Notes under the pieces: generated by a model | Told to the model about the DNA's origin: nothing | The model's database searches: none | Seen by the model: the letters and a program-made list of their open reading frames with translations, nothing else | Shown here: one piece after another, positions 28,405-38,525 of the stretch | Layout: every line of letters starts with the position of its first letter | How positions within the stretch are numbered: the stretch's first letter is position 1 | From: Chloroflexota bacterium | Lineage (GTDB): Bacteria > Chloroflexota > Anaerolineae > Anaerolineales > Villigracilaceae | DNA length: 64,000 nt | Direction: 5' to 3' | NCBI GenBank assembly: GCA_026390015.1 | Contig: JAPLGS010000103.1 | Location: 41,941-105,940 of the forward strand | Made by a program: the position numbers and the translations under genes

Positions 28405-29118
28405 TCACGGCTTCTCCAACCCATGCGCGGTCAACAATTCTTCATCTTTCAAAATCTCCATCGTCAGCCCATCGGCTACGATATTGCCATCATCCATCAC
28501 GATCGTGCGTGGAAATAATTCCTGCGCCAGCCTCGTATCATGCGGGGAGACCAGCATCGCGCGCGGGTCGAGTCCTGCGGAGGGTTCATCCAAAACCAAA
28601 ATACTTGGGTTCATGGATAAGACCGTCGCGATGGCGATGCGTTTTTTCTCGCCGACACTTAAATGATGTGACAGGCGATCTTTATAAGAAATCATGCGCA
28701 CCGCTTCGAGCGCAGAGTCCACCCGCACGCGGACTTCTGATTCAGAAAGCCCCATGTGAAGCGGACCAAAAGCCACATCCTCGAACACGGTCGGTGAGAA
28801 GAGTTGGTCGTCGGGATTCTGGAACACGAGCCCGACCATTGAACGGATCATAGGCAAATTATCACGGCTGAGGCGCAGGCCGCCCAGATCAATTTCGCCG
28901 CGCCCTTCCAGGATCCCATTCAGGTGCAGCATCAACGTGGATTTGCCCGCGCCGTTCGGCCCCACCAGCGCCACCTTATCGCCGGAGCATAAATTCAACG
29001 AGATGCCGCGCAGCGCAATGTGCCCATCGGGATAAGAGAAATGCAGGCCGCGCACTTGCAGCACATCGCCGTCACATTCAGGATAGTTAAATTTTTCAGT
29101 AGCATGTGTAATTGGCAT
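28405..29118 (-). CDS. cbiO: ECF transporter ATPase (CbiO/NikO); apparent in-frame deletion between D-loop and H-loop
   Basis: GPNGAGKST, FQNPDDQLF, LSVGEKKR, LDEPSAGLDP then immediately RAMLVSPHD. ATG overlaps the cbiQ stop (TAATG). Confidence 0.85.
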   Translation of the reverse strand: MPITHATEKFNYPECDGDVLQVRGLHFSYPDGHIALRGISLNLCSGDKVALVGPNGAGKSTLMLHLNGILEGRGEIDLGGLRLSRDNLPMIRSMVGLVFQNPDDQLFSPTVFEDVAFGPLHMGLSESEVRVRVDSALEAVRMISYKDRLSHHLSVGEKKRIAIATVLSMNPSILVLDEPSAGLDPRAMLVSPHDTRLAQELFPRTIVMDDGNIVADGLTMEILKDEELLTAHGLEKP

Positions 29119-29909
29119 TAGAACCGTCCCACAAATTGCATCGCAAGAATAAACAGAAAAGCGGCCACGGCATACGCCCAATCACGGCCATGAAGTTCAT
29201 GCGGATTAAGCGTCAACAGTTGACCAGCATAGCCGCGCGCCAGCATCGCGTTATAGATGCGATCGCTGCGCTCATAGCTGCGCAGGAATAATTGACCCGC
29301 CATGTTGCCAGACACACGCGCTCGCCACAGCACACCTCCACCTGACCTTTGGCCGGCTGCGGCCGCCGAACGAGATTGTCTCGCCCTCAGCAAACGGATA
29401 ACCTCATCTGATAATACAAATAGATACCGATATAAGAACGCGATGATCGTCGTGAGAATGGCGGGCACGCGCAAATGTTCAAACGCATGAATGAGATCGG
29501 GGAAGCGAGTCACCGCCACCAACAGGATCGCAATCTGCACCGATATCCATGAACGGATGACAATGCTGACAAAACGGAGCAGACCCGCGTCAGTGACCGT
29601 AAAATCCCACATCATAAAATGAAATTGAGAGACAGGCTTACCAGGGATGGAAAATAAAACAGTCACAGCCACCAACGCAAACGGCAGCACGATGAATGAA
29701 CGGCGGAATGTATATCCCAGACCAAGATCGGAAAGCGCGCTGGCGAGGAGTACGAAAAGCCATGCCAGCCCGAAAGCCATCCACGCGCCATCGGGAAGTA
29801 AAGCATTTGAGATAATAAAGGCGATCGCCACCACTACCTTGATGCGTGGATCGAGGCGGTGAAGCGCGCTGTCGTGATGATGATAACGGTCGAAGGCGTC
29901 TGAATGCAT
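29118..29909 (-). CDS. cbiQ: Cobalt/nickel ECF transporter T component (CbiQ/NikQ)
   Basis: LHRLDPRIK, YRYLFVL.DE..RLLRAR.SR, LFLRSYERSDRIYNAMLARG. Confidence 0.93.
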   Translation of the reverse strand: MHSDAFDRYHHHDSALHRLDPRIKVVVAIAFIISNALLPDGAWMAFGLAWLFVLLASALSDLGLGYTFRRSFIVLPFALVAVTVLFSIPGKPVSQFHFMMWDFTVTDAGLLRFVSIVIRSWISVQIAILLVAVTRFPDLIHAFEHLRVPAILTTIIAFLYRYLFVLSDEVIRLLRARQSRSAAAAGQRSGGGVLWRARVSGNMAGQLFLRSYERSDRIYNAMLARGYAGQLLTLNPHELHGRDWAYAVAAFLFILAMQFVGRF

Positions 29910-29921
29910 GGGGAAAAGGGA

Positions 29922-30842
29922 TTAGGAATTAGGTTTCTTGGTTTGCAGTGAGCGGCCTGTGATGACGGCAATTGCAAGCACGACGATGACACCGATCGAA
30001 CCTGCAACAATTTTTGAAGCGGAAATAGATGAAAGGAATGGAACTGTATACCCAGCCAAAGGCCCGCTGGCGGTTTGAGCAGTTTGAATAAATCCCAGAT
30101 CCATGGCGACACGATTGAGTCCATCTGGACTGGCAGATGCAAGCGGTGAGAGCAAAACAACTGCAAGAGTGATCAATACACCCGTCAGGATCCAGCCTCG
30201 GCCGCCTTGCGCAGAAGCAGATTGCTCGCCGAGCAGGTCTGGTCTTGTGCGCAGGATGAAACTCAACGCGGCGACCGTGACCAAGGCTTCGCCCAATCCA
30301 ATCAATGCATGTACGCCCAACATGGCTGGAACAACAACGCCAATGTTGGCTGTGCCGCTTAACCATAATTGCATTGATGTAGCCAGCGCACCGGTCATCA
30401 CGGAAAGCCATGCCGCTACACCTGCGACTGTAAGTTTGATGGTGAACTTACTTCCAATAGCAGAGCGATATAAGCCGTAGCCAACTGCGGCAGTCAACAG
30501 ACCCATGTTCAGGATATTCGCACCCATCACGACAAGCCCGCCGTCTTGAAAGAGTAATCCCTGCACAGCAATGACAGCGGTCATAACCAACATGCCAGCC
30601 CACGGCCCCAAAGTGATCGCGGCCAGCGCGCCGCCAAGCAAGTGACCTGATGTGCCGCCTGCCACCGGGAAGTTGATCATCTGCGCCGCAAAAATGAAGG
30701 CCGCCATCACGCCCATTAGCGGGACTTGTCTTTCTCCAAGTGATTTATTCGTGCGTGAAATGGCGACACCAAGCGTGACGATGGTAATTGCCCAGCAGAT
30801 CACCGAAATAACAATACTCAGAAATCCGTCCGGGATGTGCAT
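29922..30842 (-). CDS. cbiM: Ni/Co ECF substrate-binding component CbiM/NikM fused to a PDGLE-like (N) domain
   Basis: N-terminal MHIPDGFL metal-binding start, AFIFAAQM.NFP..GGTSGH, Q.LLFQDGG, C-terminal ASPDGL. Confidence 0.92.
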   Translation of the reverse strand: MHIPDGFLSIVISVICWAITIVTLGVAISRTNKSLGERQVPLMGVMAAFIFAAQMINFPVAGGTSGHLLGGALAAITLGPWAGMLVMTAVIAVQGLLFQDGGLVVMGANILNMGLLTAAVGYGLYRSAIGSKFTIKLTVAGVAAWLSVMTGALATSMQLWLSGTANIGVVVPAMLGVHALIGLGEALVTVAALSFILRTRPDLLGEQSASAQGGRGWILTGVLITLAVVLLSPLASASPDGLNRVAMDLGFIQTAQTASGPLAGYTVPFLSSISASKIVAGSIGVIVVLAIAVITGRSLQTKKPNS

Positions 30843-30881
30843 GGGCGCAATGGGTGAATACAACATGGCTAATATCCTTTT

Positions 30882-31301
30882 TTATGATTGGCAATCCGGG
30901 CACAAGCCGAAAAATGTGACATGGCTGGAATCCAATTTATATCCGGTAGATGACTCAAACTGATGATACAACAGATCAAGCGGAGCATGATCCACTTCCA
31001 CTGTTTTTCCGCATTTATGGCAGATCAAATGGTGATGCTGTTTTTCCGCTAATTCATAGACTATCTTTCCATTGCCCACATGCGCCGCAAGCAGGAATTT
31101 TTTTTCGGCAAGATCTTCCAGCGTGCGGTAAACGGTAGGCTCGGTGAGGCCGGGGAATTCCTTGCGCGCCTGCTCGAAGACTTGTGTTGGCGAAAGATGC
31201 CCGCCGGAATGGTGGAGCACGTGCAGGATCGCATTCCGTTGGGGTGTTATGCGCAGCCCTTGGGCGCGTAATCGAGGAGCGTAGTTAATGGCACAGGTCA
31301 T
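30882..31301 (-). CDS. Fur family transcriptional regulator
   Basis: LRAQGLRITPQR, TVYRTL, HHHLICHKCGK, FGLCPDC. Confidence 0.93.
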   Translation of the reverse strand: MTCAINYAPRLRAQGLRITPQRNAILHVLHHSGGHLSPTQVFEQARKEFPGLTEPTVYRTLEDLAEKKFLLAAHVGNGKIVYELAEKQHHHLICHKCGKTVEVDHAPLDLLYHQFESSTGYKLDSSHVTFFGLCPDCQS

Positions 31302-31309
31302 AGTTTTCC

Positions 31310-31331
31310 TTATTGTAACTTCTTACAATAA
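31310..31331. promoter_or_regulatory. Perfect 9-4-9 inverted repeat, candidate operator of the Fur-family regulator
   Basis: TTATTGTAA-cttc-TTACAATAA, 8 nt from the fur start codon and overlapping its aagga RBS. Confidence 0.6.
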
Positions 31332-31371
31332 TAGAATCACATATCTGATGATTTCTTACCCTGAAATAAAA

Positions 31372-31410
31372 ATTCCTCTTTCTTCTTTGGAATAAAGAAG
31401 AAAGAGGAAT
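31372..31410 (-). terminator. AT-rich 17-bp hairpin, probable terminator of the upstream lipoprotein gene
   Basis: attcctctttcttcttt / aaagaagaaagaggaat perfect IR. Confidence 0.65.
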
Positions 31411-31423
31411 CAATTTTTTAAAC

Positions 31424-32113
31424 CTATGGCTCCCAGACGAAGTGTACGAATGCCGCCAGCAGAGGCTTTCCTGAACTCATATCCACGCCGACAGCCCAGG
31501 TTTCCCAATCCAGTCCACCTGTCCCGGGGAAATACACAGAGTAGTAATTCAAGTCTGGATATGGCCAAACAGGTTCATAGGTCACGCCGCCTACCAAAAG
31601 CTGGTTGCATTCAAGGCTGGCAGTTGGTTTAAATACAGTCTGCAGAGAAGGCAGGACGATCTCCTGAAAGGAGCCGAACGTGGATTGTCCGCTTCCATAT
31701 GAAAGACCCCAATCCGCCTGGAACGTGGTTTCAAAAACGAACAGCGCATGTTTCACATCGTAGTTGACCACGTTGCCGTCGCGATAAAAACGGAAATCCA
31801 TGCCAGCGGCTGGTGAAACAAGTGATGAGAGCAGAACGCCATCTTTAGATGAGATTGCTTTACTAAAAAACTTGATCAACTTAATGACACCCGGATTATC
31901 ACAAAAAGAGGTTGCCACAACTGGCGCAGGCGTCTCTGTCGGGAGGGCAGGCTGTGTCAGCAAGGGGATGGGAGTAAATGCCGGAGTGAAAGTCAATGTC
32001 GGTTGGGGAGTGGCAGACGGCAGCGCGGTCGGTTGCGGAGGTGCATCCACGGGAATAGAACAGCTTGCAAGAATCAACAAGAGCAGAATTGGGAAATATA
32101 TTTTCAGCTTCAT
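31424..32113 (-). CDS. Hypothetical lipoprotein
   Basis: ggag RBS, lipobox LASC, Pro/Thr linker. Confidence 0.8.
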   Translation of the reverse strand: MKLKIYFPILLLLILASCSIPVDAPPQPTALPSATPQPTLTFTPAFTPIPLLTQPALPTETPAPVVATSFCDNPGVIKLIKFFSKAISSKDGVLLSSLVSPAAGMDFRFYRDGNVVNYDVKHALFVFETTFQADWGLSYGSGQSTFGSFQEIVLPSLQTVFKPTASLECNQLLVGGVTYEPVWPYPDLNYYSVYFPGTGGLDWETWAVGVDMSSGKPLLAAFVHFVWEP

Positions 32114-32190
32114 TCAATCTCCATTCCAAAAAGTATAAGGAGAATCCACTACATCCATTGTACACTCTTGCGATCATTATTATTGCAGTC

Positions 32191-32228
32191 AAAAAAGGCC
32201 GTCAAATTATTGACGGCCTTTTTATTTA
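32191..32228 (-). terminator. Intrinsic terminator
   Basis: aaaaaggccgtcaa / ttgacggccttttt stem. Confidence 0.75.
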
Positions 32229-33197
32229 TTGTGTCGGTTTCTTTGGCTTGCGGGTGAACAACTTCCAAAGAGCCCATATGATCAGCGCGGGCGGCGCAAG
32301 GATCGGAATGAGCACCACGAAGAGCCAGATCAGGAAATTCAGAATGCCTTGATAAGCGAAGGTGACGGTTTCTTTGGCGGCCTTGAACGTCTCACCGGGA
32401 TCCCATGGACTCGGTGTCGGCGTGACAGTGGGTTCCAGTTCGGGCAGTTTCGGCTCAAAGTTGATGGTGATCGTCGAGTAGGCAGAACGGTCTTGCAGGT
32501 AATTCATCTGCCCCTTGATCTGTTCGATCTGTGCTTCGACGTTGGCGAGTTCCTGATTGATACGCAGCGCCTCATCGACATTTTGAGCACTATCGAGGAA
32601 GGTCTTGATACGTTCACGCGTGGCTTCGAGATTGGTGAGTTGTGACTGCAGGTCAACGAATTGATTGGTCACATCTTCGCCCGAAGCGGTTTCATCCAAA
32701 ATCTGAACGGCGAGTCCACGCAGACGGCTGAGGGTATGCTCAAATTGATTGGCGGGAATGCCGATGGTGAGTGTGGCGTATTTATAATTCTTGCCATCGT
32801 AATATGGCTGAGACCAAACCCGCGAGCTGATAATATATCCGCCCGCATCGCCCACGGCTTGAGTGGCGCGGTCAATGGCAACATCAGTATCCGCGACAAG
32901 TAATTTGATCTCGGCGTTCTTGATAATCATATGTGTAGATACTATTGCATCGGGCACGCTGTCCTGAGGTAGCATGGCTGTGGCATAAACTTGGGGAAGC
33001 GCCTGATCAGTGGAGGCAACGGCTGCTTCCTTTGCAACATCATTTGCTCCGCCAGCGATTTGGGCGGACGGCTCTTCATAAGATAGAGGCGCTTCAACAG
33101 CAGGCAATTCCGCCGATGCCGCGCTCCCTCCGCAGGCGCTTAGAATAAACATCCCCAATAGAACAAACACAGCAAGCACGTTGAATTTTGTTTTCAT
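32226..33197 (-). CDS. DUF4349 domain lipoprotein
   Basis: Lipobox LSAC; MIIKNAEIKL, EDVTNQFVDLQSQL.NLEA, IEQIKGQM.YL..RSAYSTI; C-terminal TM. Confidence 0.88.
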   Translation of the reverse strand: MKTKFNVLAVFVLLGMFILSACGGSAASAELPAVEAPLSYEEPSAQIAGGANDVAKEAAVASTDQALPQVYATAMLPQDSVPDAIVSTHMIIKNAEIKLLVADTDVAIDRATQAVGDAGGYIISSRVWSQPYYDGKNYKYATLTIGIPANQFEHTLSRLRGLAVQILDETASGEDVTNQFVDLQSQLTNLEATRERIKTFLDSAQNVDEALRINQELANVEAQIEQIKGQMNYLQDRSAYSTITINFEPKLPELEPTVTPTPSPWDPGETFKAAKETVTFAYQGILNFLIWLFVVLIPILAPPALIIWALWKLFTRKPKKPTQ

Positions 33198-33346
33198 ATT
33201 CTCCTCCAAGAAAATATTGTCATTGTTATATCGGAATGACGATAATGGGAGGAGAAAGGTTCCGCGTTTCTATAATTTGAGTGATTGAAATGAACAGACC
33301 CGTGAATGGCAAAGCCATTCACGGGTCTGTTCATTTCACGTTATTT

Positions 33347-35032
33347 TCATTTCAATGTAACTTCCGTTTTCACAACTCCGCAGCGATCATGCTTTACAGT
33401 CAATTTCACTTTCGTACCTTTCCTGGCCTTAACCACCCACTCCACTTTGACTCTATCGCTCGTGCCTTCGTCTGACTCATTTGCGTTGACGGGCTTATAG
33501 GCGCGTCCTTCAAGTTCGCCAAGTGCTTCGCGCTCTTTCCCCGATTGCAGGGTTGCATTTTTGGGGAGGGAAATTTCCACGATTACACCGCGAGTTAACT
33601 TTTTCTCAAGCGCTTTCTTCGTCACATAAGTTGGAAGCCAGCCTGTATTCTCAACAATGAGGCGGATGCGGAAGGTGTCCTCTCCAAGGGAGGTAACGTT
33701 TGATTCACGTAGACCAAGTTTCGGTGAAATAAGAGCGTGCCATACAATCCAGTCTGGGAAAGGACTGATCTCCTTTTCTAAAAATTCCAGCGGCGGATTC
33801 GTCCACATATTTAAAAAGTCCCAGCCGCCTAATTCAACTTTTCCAAGTTGTGGATGTTTGTATGAATACCAATCAACGTAGCCGTTGCCCTTGAGCACTT
33901 CATCATTCCATTTCAATATTTTGAAATCATCTTCAACTGGATGCTCGCGATACCAATCGATATATTTATATTTTTCAATTCCCGCTTGTCTCTGAGGACT
34001 CCAAAATTCAACCGTCCATGAAAATATGCCGACATGCTCATAAGCCCATCCATCAAAAGAGCCTGTGGTGACTTGTTTGGGATCGTATTTGAAATCATGG
34101 AAGACTGAGATATTTGGATAACCCGTGATCTCAGTACCTTTTTCGCCGATCTTTTGAAACGTCCACAAGTCATTGGTGGGGAATTCATCATCAGAGCGAT
34201 CATCATAAGGGCGAAGTAATACGCCGCTCATCGTGTGAAAGGATATCGTACCGGTAATATTCTTATGGCCAATGATGAACTGAACCAGATTACGCGCTTC
34301 AGGCTCACTTGCAGGAAATGGCCCCGCGCCGGGTTGATCAACTTCCTGACGCCAACCCATTGGAAAATTGCGATTCAGATCCAATCCTTGTTTTGGGTCG
34401 CGTACCTGAATTGTTATTCCATCATAATTTTTCAATAACCCCTCAGGCAGAATTCGAAAATATTTTCCGCCTGTTTCAATTGGATCACGGCGCACCATTA
34501 AACGCGGGTCATCGGGATGCGCCTTCCATGTCCCATTCGAGTCGGGAATTCGCATTTGCAAAATGCGCCCATCGCCATCTATATCTTCACCCCGCATTAG
34601 TCCATCCAAAGCATCCTCATCGTATGGATACGGGCGTGTACTGGAGCGGATCACTTTGGGTTTGTCTGCCAATGCCCACTCCGCGCCATCCGGATTGACA
34701 CGCGGCACAATATAAAATGCGCGCGTATCCAATGCGCGCGTGACATTCTCATTTTTTTTATAACGCGTGACCAATGAGTTGATAAGGTACAACGCCGCCG
34801 CAGACGCGGTCACTTCTGACGCGTGGATGTTGCCATCGACCCAGAATGCAGGTTTCTCTGCATCATTCCCCGACTTCAAGTTGGTCGCTGTTACGAGCCA
34901 CACATCACGCCCTTCATGGCTTTTCCCGATCGACTCCAGCCGAATCAGGTGCGGGTATTCTTTGGCATATGCTTTGAGAATACGAGTCAGTTCGGCGTAG
35001 CGATAAAAGCGATTGAATTTGACATTTGGCAT
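33347..35032 (-). CDS. M14 family zinc carboxypeptidase (cytoplasmic, no signal peptide)
   Basis: DGNIHASE (HxxE), NPDG, DLNRNF, SEPE, SFHT, WTVE. Confidence 0.9.
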   Translation of the reverse strand: MPNVKFNRFYRYAELTRILKAYAKEYPHLIRLESIGKSHEGRDVWLVTATNLKSGNDAEKPAFWVDGNIHASEVTASAAALYLINSLVTRYKKNENVTRALDTRAFYIVPRVNPDGAEWALADKPKVIRSSTRPYPYDEDALDGLMRGEDIDGDGRILQMRIPDSNGTWKAHPDDPRLMVRRDPIETGGKYFRILPEGLLKNYDGITIQVRDPKQGLDLNRNFPMGWRQEVDQPGAGPFPASEPEARNLVQFIIGHKNITGTISFHTMSGVLLRPYDDRSDDEFPTNDLWTFQKIGEKGTEITGYPNISVFHDFKYDPKQVTTGSFDGWAYEHVGIFSWTVEFWSPQRQAGIEKYKYIDWYREHPVEDDFKILKWNDEVLKGNGYVDWYSYKHPQLGKVELGGWDFLNMWTNPPLEFLEKEISPFPDWIVWHALISPKLGLRESNVTSLGEDTFRIRLIVENTGWLPTYVTKKALEKKLTRGVIVEISLPKNATLQSGKEREALGELEGRAYKPVNANESDEGTSDRVKVEWVVKARKGTKVKLTVKHDRCGVVKTEVTLK

Positions 35033-35056
35033 AAGGGTCTCCTTTGAATTTGATGA

Positions 35057-35500
35057 TTATTTCTTTTCTACAAAAATTTTGGCTGGCGCTTGTGGCCAGC
35101 CTTCACGATTGCAACACACAACCAATTCCGCCAGCTCTCGCGGAAGAACATTTTTGTTCAAAACATCATCCAATGGCATCCAGAGCGGAAGGTACGTTCC
35201 ATGCGCAGGATTGTACTCACCGTACTCCTCGCCTGTACCGGAGCCGAATTCCCCGCTGATCTTATCGACCAAATAATAATGCTGGGTATTTTCCTTAAAA
35301 AATATCTCCACCACTTTTTGTTTTATCGCAACGATAATTCCCAGTTCCTCTTCAGCCTCGCGGACCGCAGTCTGTTCGGGACTTTCACCCTCGTCAATGC
35401 CACCGCCGGGAAATATAAAATAATGCAATCCAGCTCGATGACGCTCGATGAGAGCAAGTTTGTTATCTTCGATCAGGATAATGCCGGAACGATTTCTCAT
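35057..35500 (-). CDS. NUDIX hydrolase
   Basis: FPGGGIDEGESPEQTAVREAEEELG Nudix box. Confidence 0.9.
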   Translation of the reverse strand: MRNRSGIILIEDNKLALIERHRAGLHYFIFPGGGIDEGESPEQTAVREAEEELGIIVAIKQKVVEIFFKENTQHYYLVDKISGEFGSGTGEEYGEYNPAHGTYLPLWMPLDDVLNKNVLPRELAELVVCCNREGWPQAPAKIFVEKK

Positions 35501-35533
35501 GTTGATTCTCCCTGTTTTTAGGCGCGGCAACCT

Positions 35534-36457
35534 TTAGGAATTACTGAGCTTCTCACGTGTTTTGTTTATATCATCATGGATCTGTTCAAGCAGCGCATCC
35601 ACCGAATTGAATTTCAATTCATCCCGCAGGCGCGCGACGAATTCCAGTTTAATTTCCTGTCCGTAAATATCGCGGTCAAAATCGAGGAGATGCGCTTCCA
35701 GGCTGGGAGTTTTTTTATCGGGCGTGAAAGTGGGATTAAATCCGATGTTGGTGGCTGCCATGAATTTATCCGTGCCAATAGTTGCCCAGCAGACATAGAT
35801 GCCGTTCGGTGGAATGACTTTTTGTTTTGGATAATCCACGTTTGCGGTGGGGATTTTGATCCTGTGTCCGCGCCCATCACCGTGGATGATGGGGCCGTTC
35901 AGGCTGTAGTTGTAGCCAAGCAGTTTTGCGGCTTCTGTCACATTGCCTGTGGAAACAAGTTTGCGAATTTCCGTGGATGAGATCACACCGCTTTCATCGC
36001 TGAGTGCCTTGATGACTTCAACGCTATAATTTAATTCCTCGCCAATTTCTGTCAGGCGATTGGCGTTACCTTCGCGTCCTTTGCCGAGGGCGAAATCATA
36101 ACCAATGAGCAGATGACTGAAGCCGAGAGTCTCTTTCAGCCGCGACATATATTCGTAAGCAGGAACAGTTGACAGGTCAGATGTGAAGCGTTGAGTGATG
36201 ACGATATCCACACCCAGAGTTCCCAGCAAATCAGCGCGTTCAGTTGATGTGGTTAGGCATTTAATATCCCGCCCGGTTAACACATTCGCAGGGTGCGGAT
36301 CAAAAGTTAATAGAACAGACTGCGCGTTGTTGGCGTGCGCATCTGTTGTAAGTTTGCGGATGATCTCACGATGCCCGCGATGCACGCCGTCGAAGACACC
36401 GACAGTGAGCCATACGTTTGTTGTGGATACTTCTTCAAGTGAATAATAATGTCGCAT
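35534..36457 (-). CDS. ribF: Bifunctional riboflavin kinase / FAD synthetase
   Basis: GVFDGVHRGH, TFDPHP, GYDFALG, ISSTEIR, GDGRG..I..PTAN, EAHLLDF. Confidence 0.96.
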   Translation of the reverse strand: MRHYYSLEEVSTTNVWLTVGVFDGVHRGHREIIRKLTTDAHANNAQSVLLTFDPHPANVLTGRDIKCLTTSTERADLLGTLGVDIVITQRFTSDLSTVPAYEYMSRLKETLGFSHLLIGYDFALGKGREGNANRLTEIGEELNYSVEVIKALSDESGVISSTEIRKLVSTGNVTEAAKLLGYNYSLNGPIIHGDGRGHRIKIPTANVDYPKQKVIPPNGIYVCWATIGTDKFMAATNIGFNPTFTPDKKTPSLEAHLLDFDRDIYGQEIKLEFVARLRDELKFNSVDALLEQIHDDINKTREKLSNS

Positions 36458-36556
36458 AGGATGAAAAAAAGCCGCCAAGCTGGCGGCTCCATGTCACACC
36501 GCACTGGCGCGCGGCGCGGGTGTCGGGCGAAGAGCGCCTTTGCAATGAGGTGGTAC

Positions 36557-37477
36557 TTAATCAGTAAAGAATACTTTCTTTGGCTGCCATTCACGCGTAC
36601 CATCTTCGTTGATGACTATTTCCATGAGCGCGACCAATTCGCCTTGCGTGCTTACGCCGCGGACTTTGGTCTCTTCAGGTTCGCCGACAACTTTGACACG
36701 ATGACCATGGCGAACATCTTCCACTTCATCGGGGCTGAGTTCGACGGCTGTCCAATCACCAAGCGCTTCGGCGGCGGGGATGAGGTATTGATACCAGTTG
36801 CCCGCGGTGAAGGCTTCCTGTAATTTTCGCAGAGGCACTGCATCGCGCAATGAAAATCTTCCACTCTTCGTGCGGCGCAAGCCGACCAAATACGCGCCGC
36901 AGCCGAGCATCACACCGAGATCATTCGCCAGCGAGCGGACATAGGTGCCGGAGGAACAATGCACATCAATGACCACTTCGGGCGGAGTCCATTCAAGGAT
37001 TTCAAGATGATGCACGGTAATCTTGCGCGGAGCAAGTTCCACTTCTTCACCTTCACGCGCCATTTCGTAGGCTTTGCGTCCCTGCACTTTTACGGCAGAG
37101 TAAGGCGGCGGAGTCTGTTCGATCTCGCCAACAAATGTTTTGAGCGCTTCTTCGAACTGTGCTTCCGCCACATTAACAGGATCCTTTGTCGGCGTGATCA
37201 GACCTTCTCCATCGAAAGTATCAGTAGAGCTGCCTAAACGGATAATGGCTTGATAGCGCTTATCAGACGCCGAAACGTATTCACTTAAGCGGACAGCTGG
37301 CCCAACCAGAATGACAAGCACACCAGAGGCGCGCGGGTCCAGTGTGCCGGTATGCCCGGCGCGGCGCAGGTTCGTCCCATTTCGGATGGCTTGCACCACG
37401 TCATGCGACGTCATACCGACAGGTTTATCCACAACCAGCGCGCCAGAGATGGCATTCTTAATATCCTGACTATTCAT
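36557..37477 (-). CDS. truB: tRNA pseudouridine(55) synthase
   Basis: VDKPVGMTSHDVV, GHTGTLDP.ASG, PPPYSAVK..G, CSSGTYVRSL. Confidence 0.97.
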   Translation of the reverse strand: MNSQDIKNAISGALVVDKPVGMTSHDVVQAIRNGTNLRRAGHTGTLDPRASGVLVILVGPAVRLSEYVSASDKRYQAIIRLGSSTDTFDGEGLITPTKDPVNVAEAQFEEALKTFVGEIEQTPPPYSAVKVQGRKAYEMAREGEEVELAPRKITVHHLEILEWTPPEVVIDVHCSSGTYVRSLANDLGVMLGCGAYLVGLRRTKSGRFSLRDAVPLRKLQEAFTAGNWYQYLIPAAEALGDWTAVELSPDEVEDVRHGHRVKVVGEPEETKVRGVSTQGELVALMEIVINEDGTREWQPKKVFFTD

Positions 37478-37565
37478 TTTGCATTCCTCCTTAAATTTTC
37501 CACGGTTCAATTATGACATAAATGGGTGAATTTGCAATAGGAAAATGGATCTATTTATCCAATTA

Positions 37566-38525
37566 TTATTTTAGATTTAATATCTCGCGCGTCATTTTTA
37601 GAACTTCCTTCTGGACTTCGCTCAAGCCGCCCTTGATGTCTGCTCCTGCGGCTGCGGCATGACCTCCGCCTTGAAAGTGCATTGCGACCTGCGATACGTC
37701 CACGCCAGCTTCGAGAGCGCGCCATGATATCTTGACATGGTTATCATTTTGTTCGACGAATACCATTCCTACTTTATTTCCGTCAATGGCCGAGATCATG
37801 TTGATGAGATCGGCATCATCATTACCGCCATAGCCCGCAGATTTGCGGTCTGCCAGATTCAGGGTGCCCCATACAATTCCATTCTTGCTTTGCAGGCTGG
37901 AGAGACCCGCTCCCCAATACCGCGCGGCAGAATATGTTTTTCGTACCAGGGTACGCATATAGATCTCAGTCATATCCACGCCTGTTTCCATCAGGGATGC
38001 AGCCTGACGAAGAGCATTCGGTGTAGTATTGGATGTTCGAAAGCCAAGGGTGTCGGTAATGATCCCGCCTAGTAAGGCAGCAGCGATCGGTTTGGTGATC
38101 TTCAATCCCCACGCGGGCAAATGAGTAGTCAAGATGGCAGCTGTGGCGACCTCTTGCGCCTCAATGAGATTTATTATTCCAAAATTTTCGTTTGTTTTAT
38201 GATGATCGATATTAATATCGGGCTGGCCAAAATTTTCGAATATCTTGCCTGTGCGTTTGAAATCAGCGCAATCCACTGTGATAAAAGTATCGTGATCTTC
38301 GGCTGGTAGTTTCTTGATCAGTTCGCTTCCTTCGAGATATTTAAAAGAGGAAGGCACACCATCCGCAAGGATCATTTGCACAGATTTCCCCGCGTCACGC
38401 AGAGCCAGGCCAAGTCCAAGCAATGACCCGATCGCATCCCCATCGGGCCGAACGTGCGAAGCGATCACAATTTTCTTCGCTATATCTAATCTGTTTTTTA
38501 TATCCCCTATTAGTTGACTGTTCAC
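37566..38525 (-). CDS. nrnA: DHH/DHHA1 phosphoesterase (NrnA-like oligoribonuclease / pAp phosphatase)
   Basis: SHVRPDGDAIGS, VDC, NIDHH, TDT, GGGHAAAAG. Confidence 0.9.
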   Translation of the reverse strand: MNSQLIGDIKNRLDIAKKIVIASHVRPDGDAIGSLLGLGLALRDAGKSVQMILADGVPSSFKYLEGSELIKKLPAEDHDTFITVDCADFKRTGKIFENFGQPDINIDHHKTNENFGIINLIEAQEVATAAILTTHLPAWGLKITKPIAAALLGGIITDTLGFRTSNTTPNALRQAASLMETGVDMTEIYMRTLVRKTYSAARYWGAGLSSLQSKNGIVWGTLNLADRKSAGYGGNDDADLINMISAIDGNKVGMVFVEQNDNHVKISWRALEAGVDVSQVAMHFQGGGHAAAAGADIKGGLSEVQKEVLKMTREILNLK

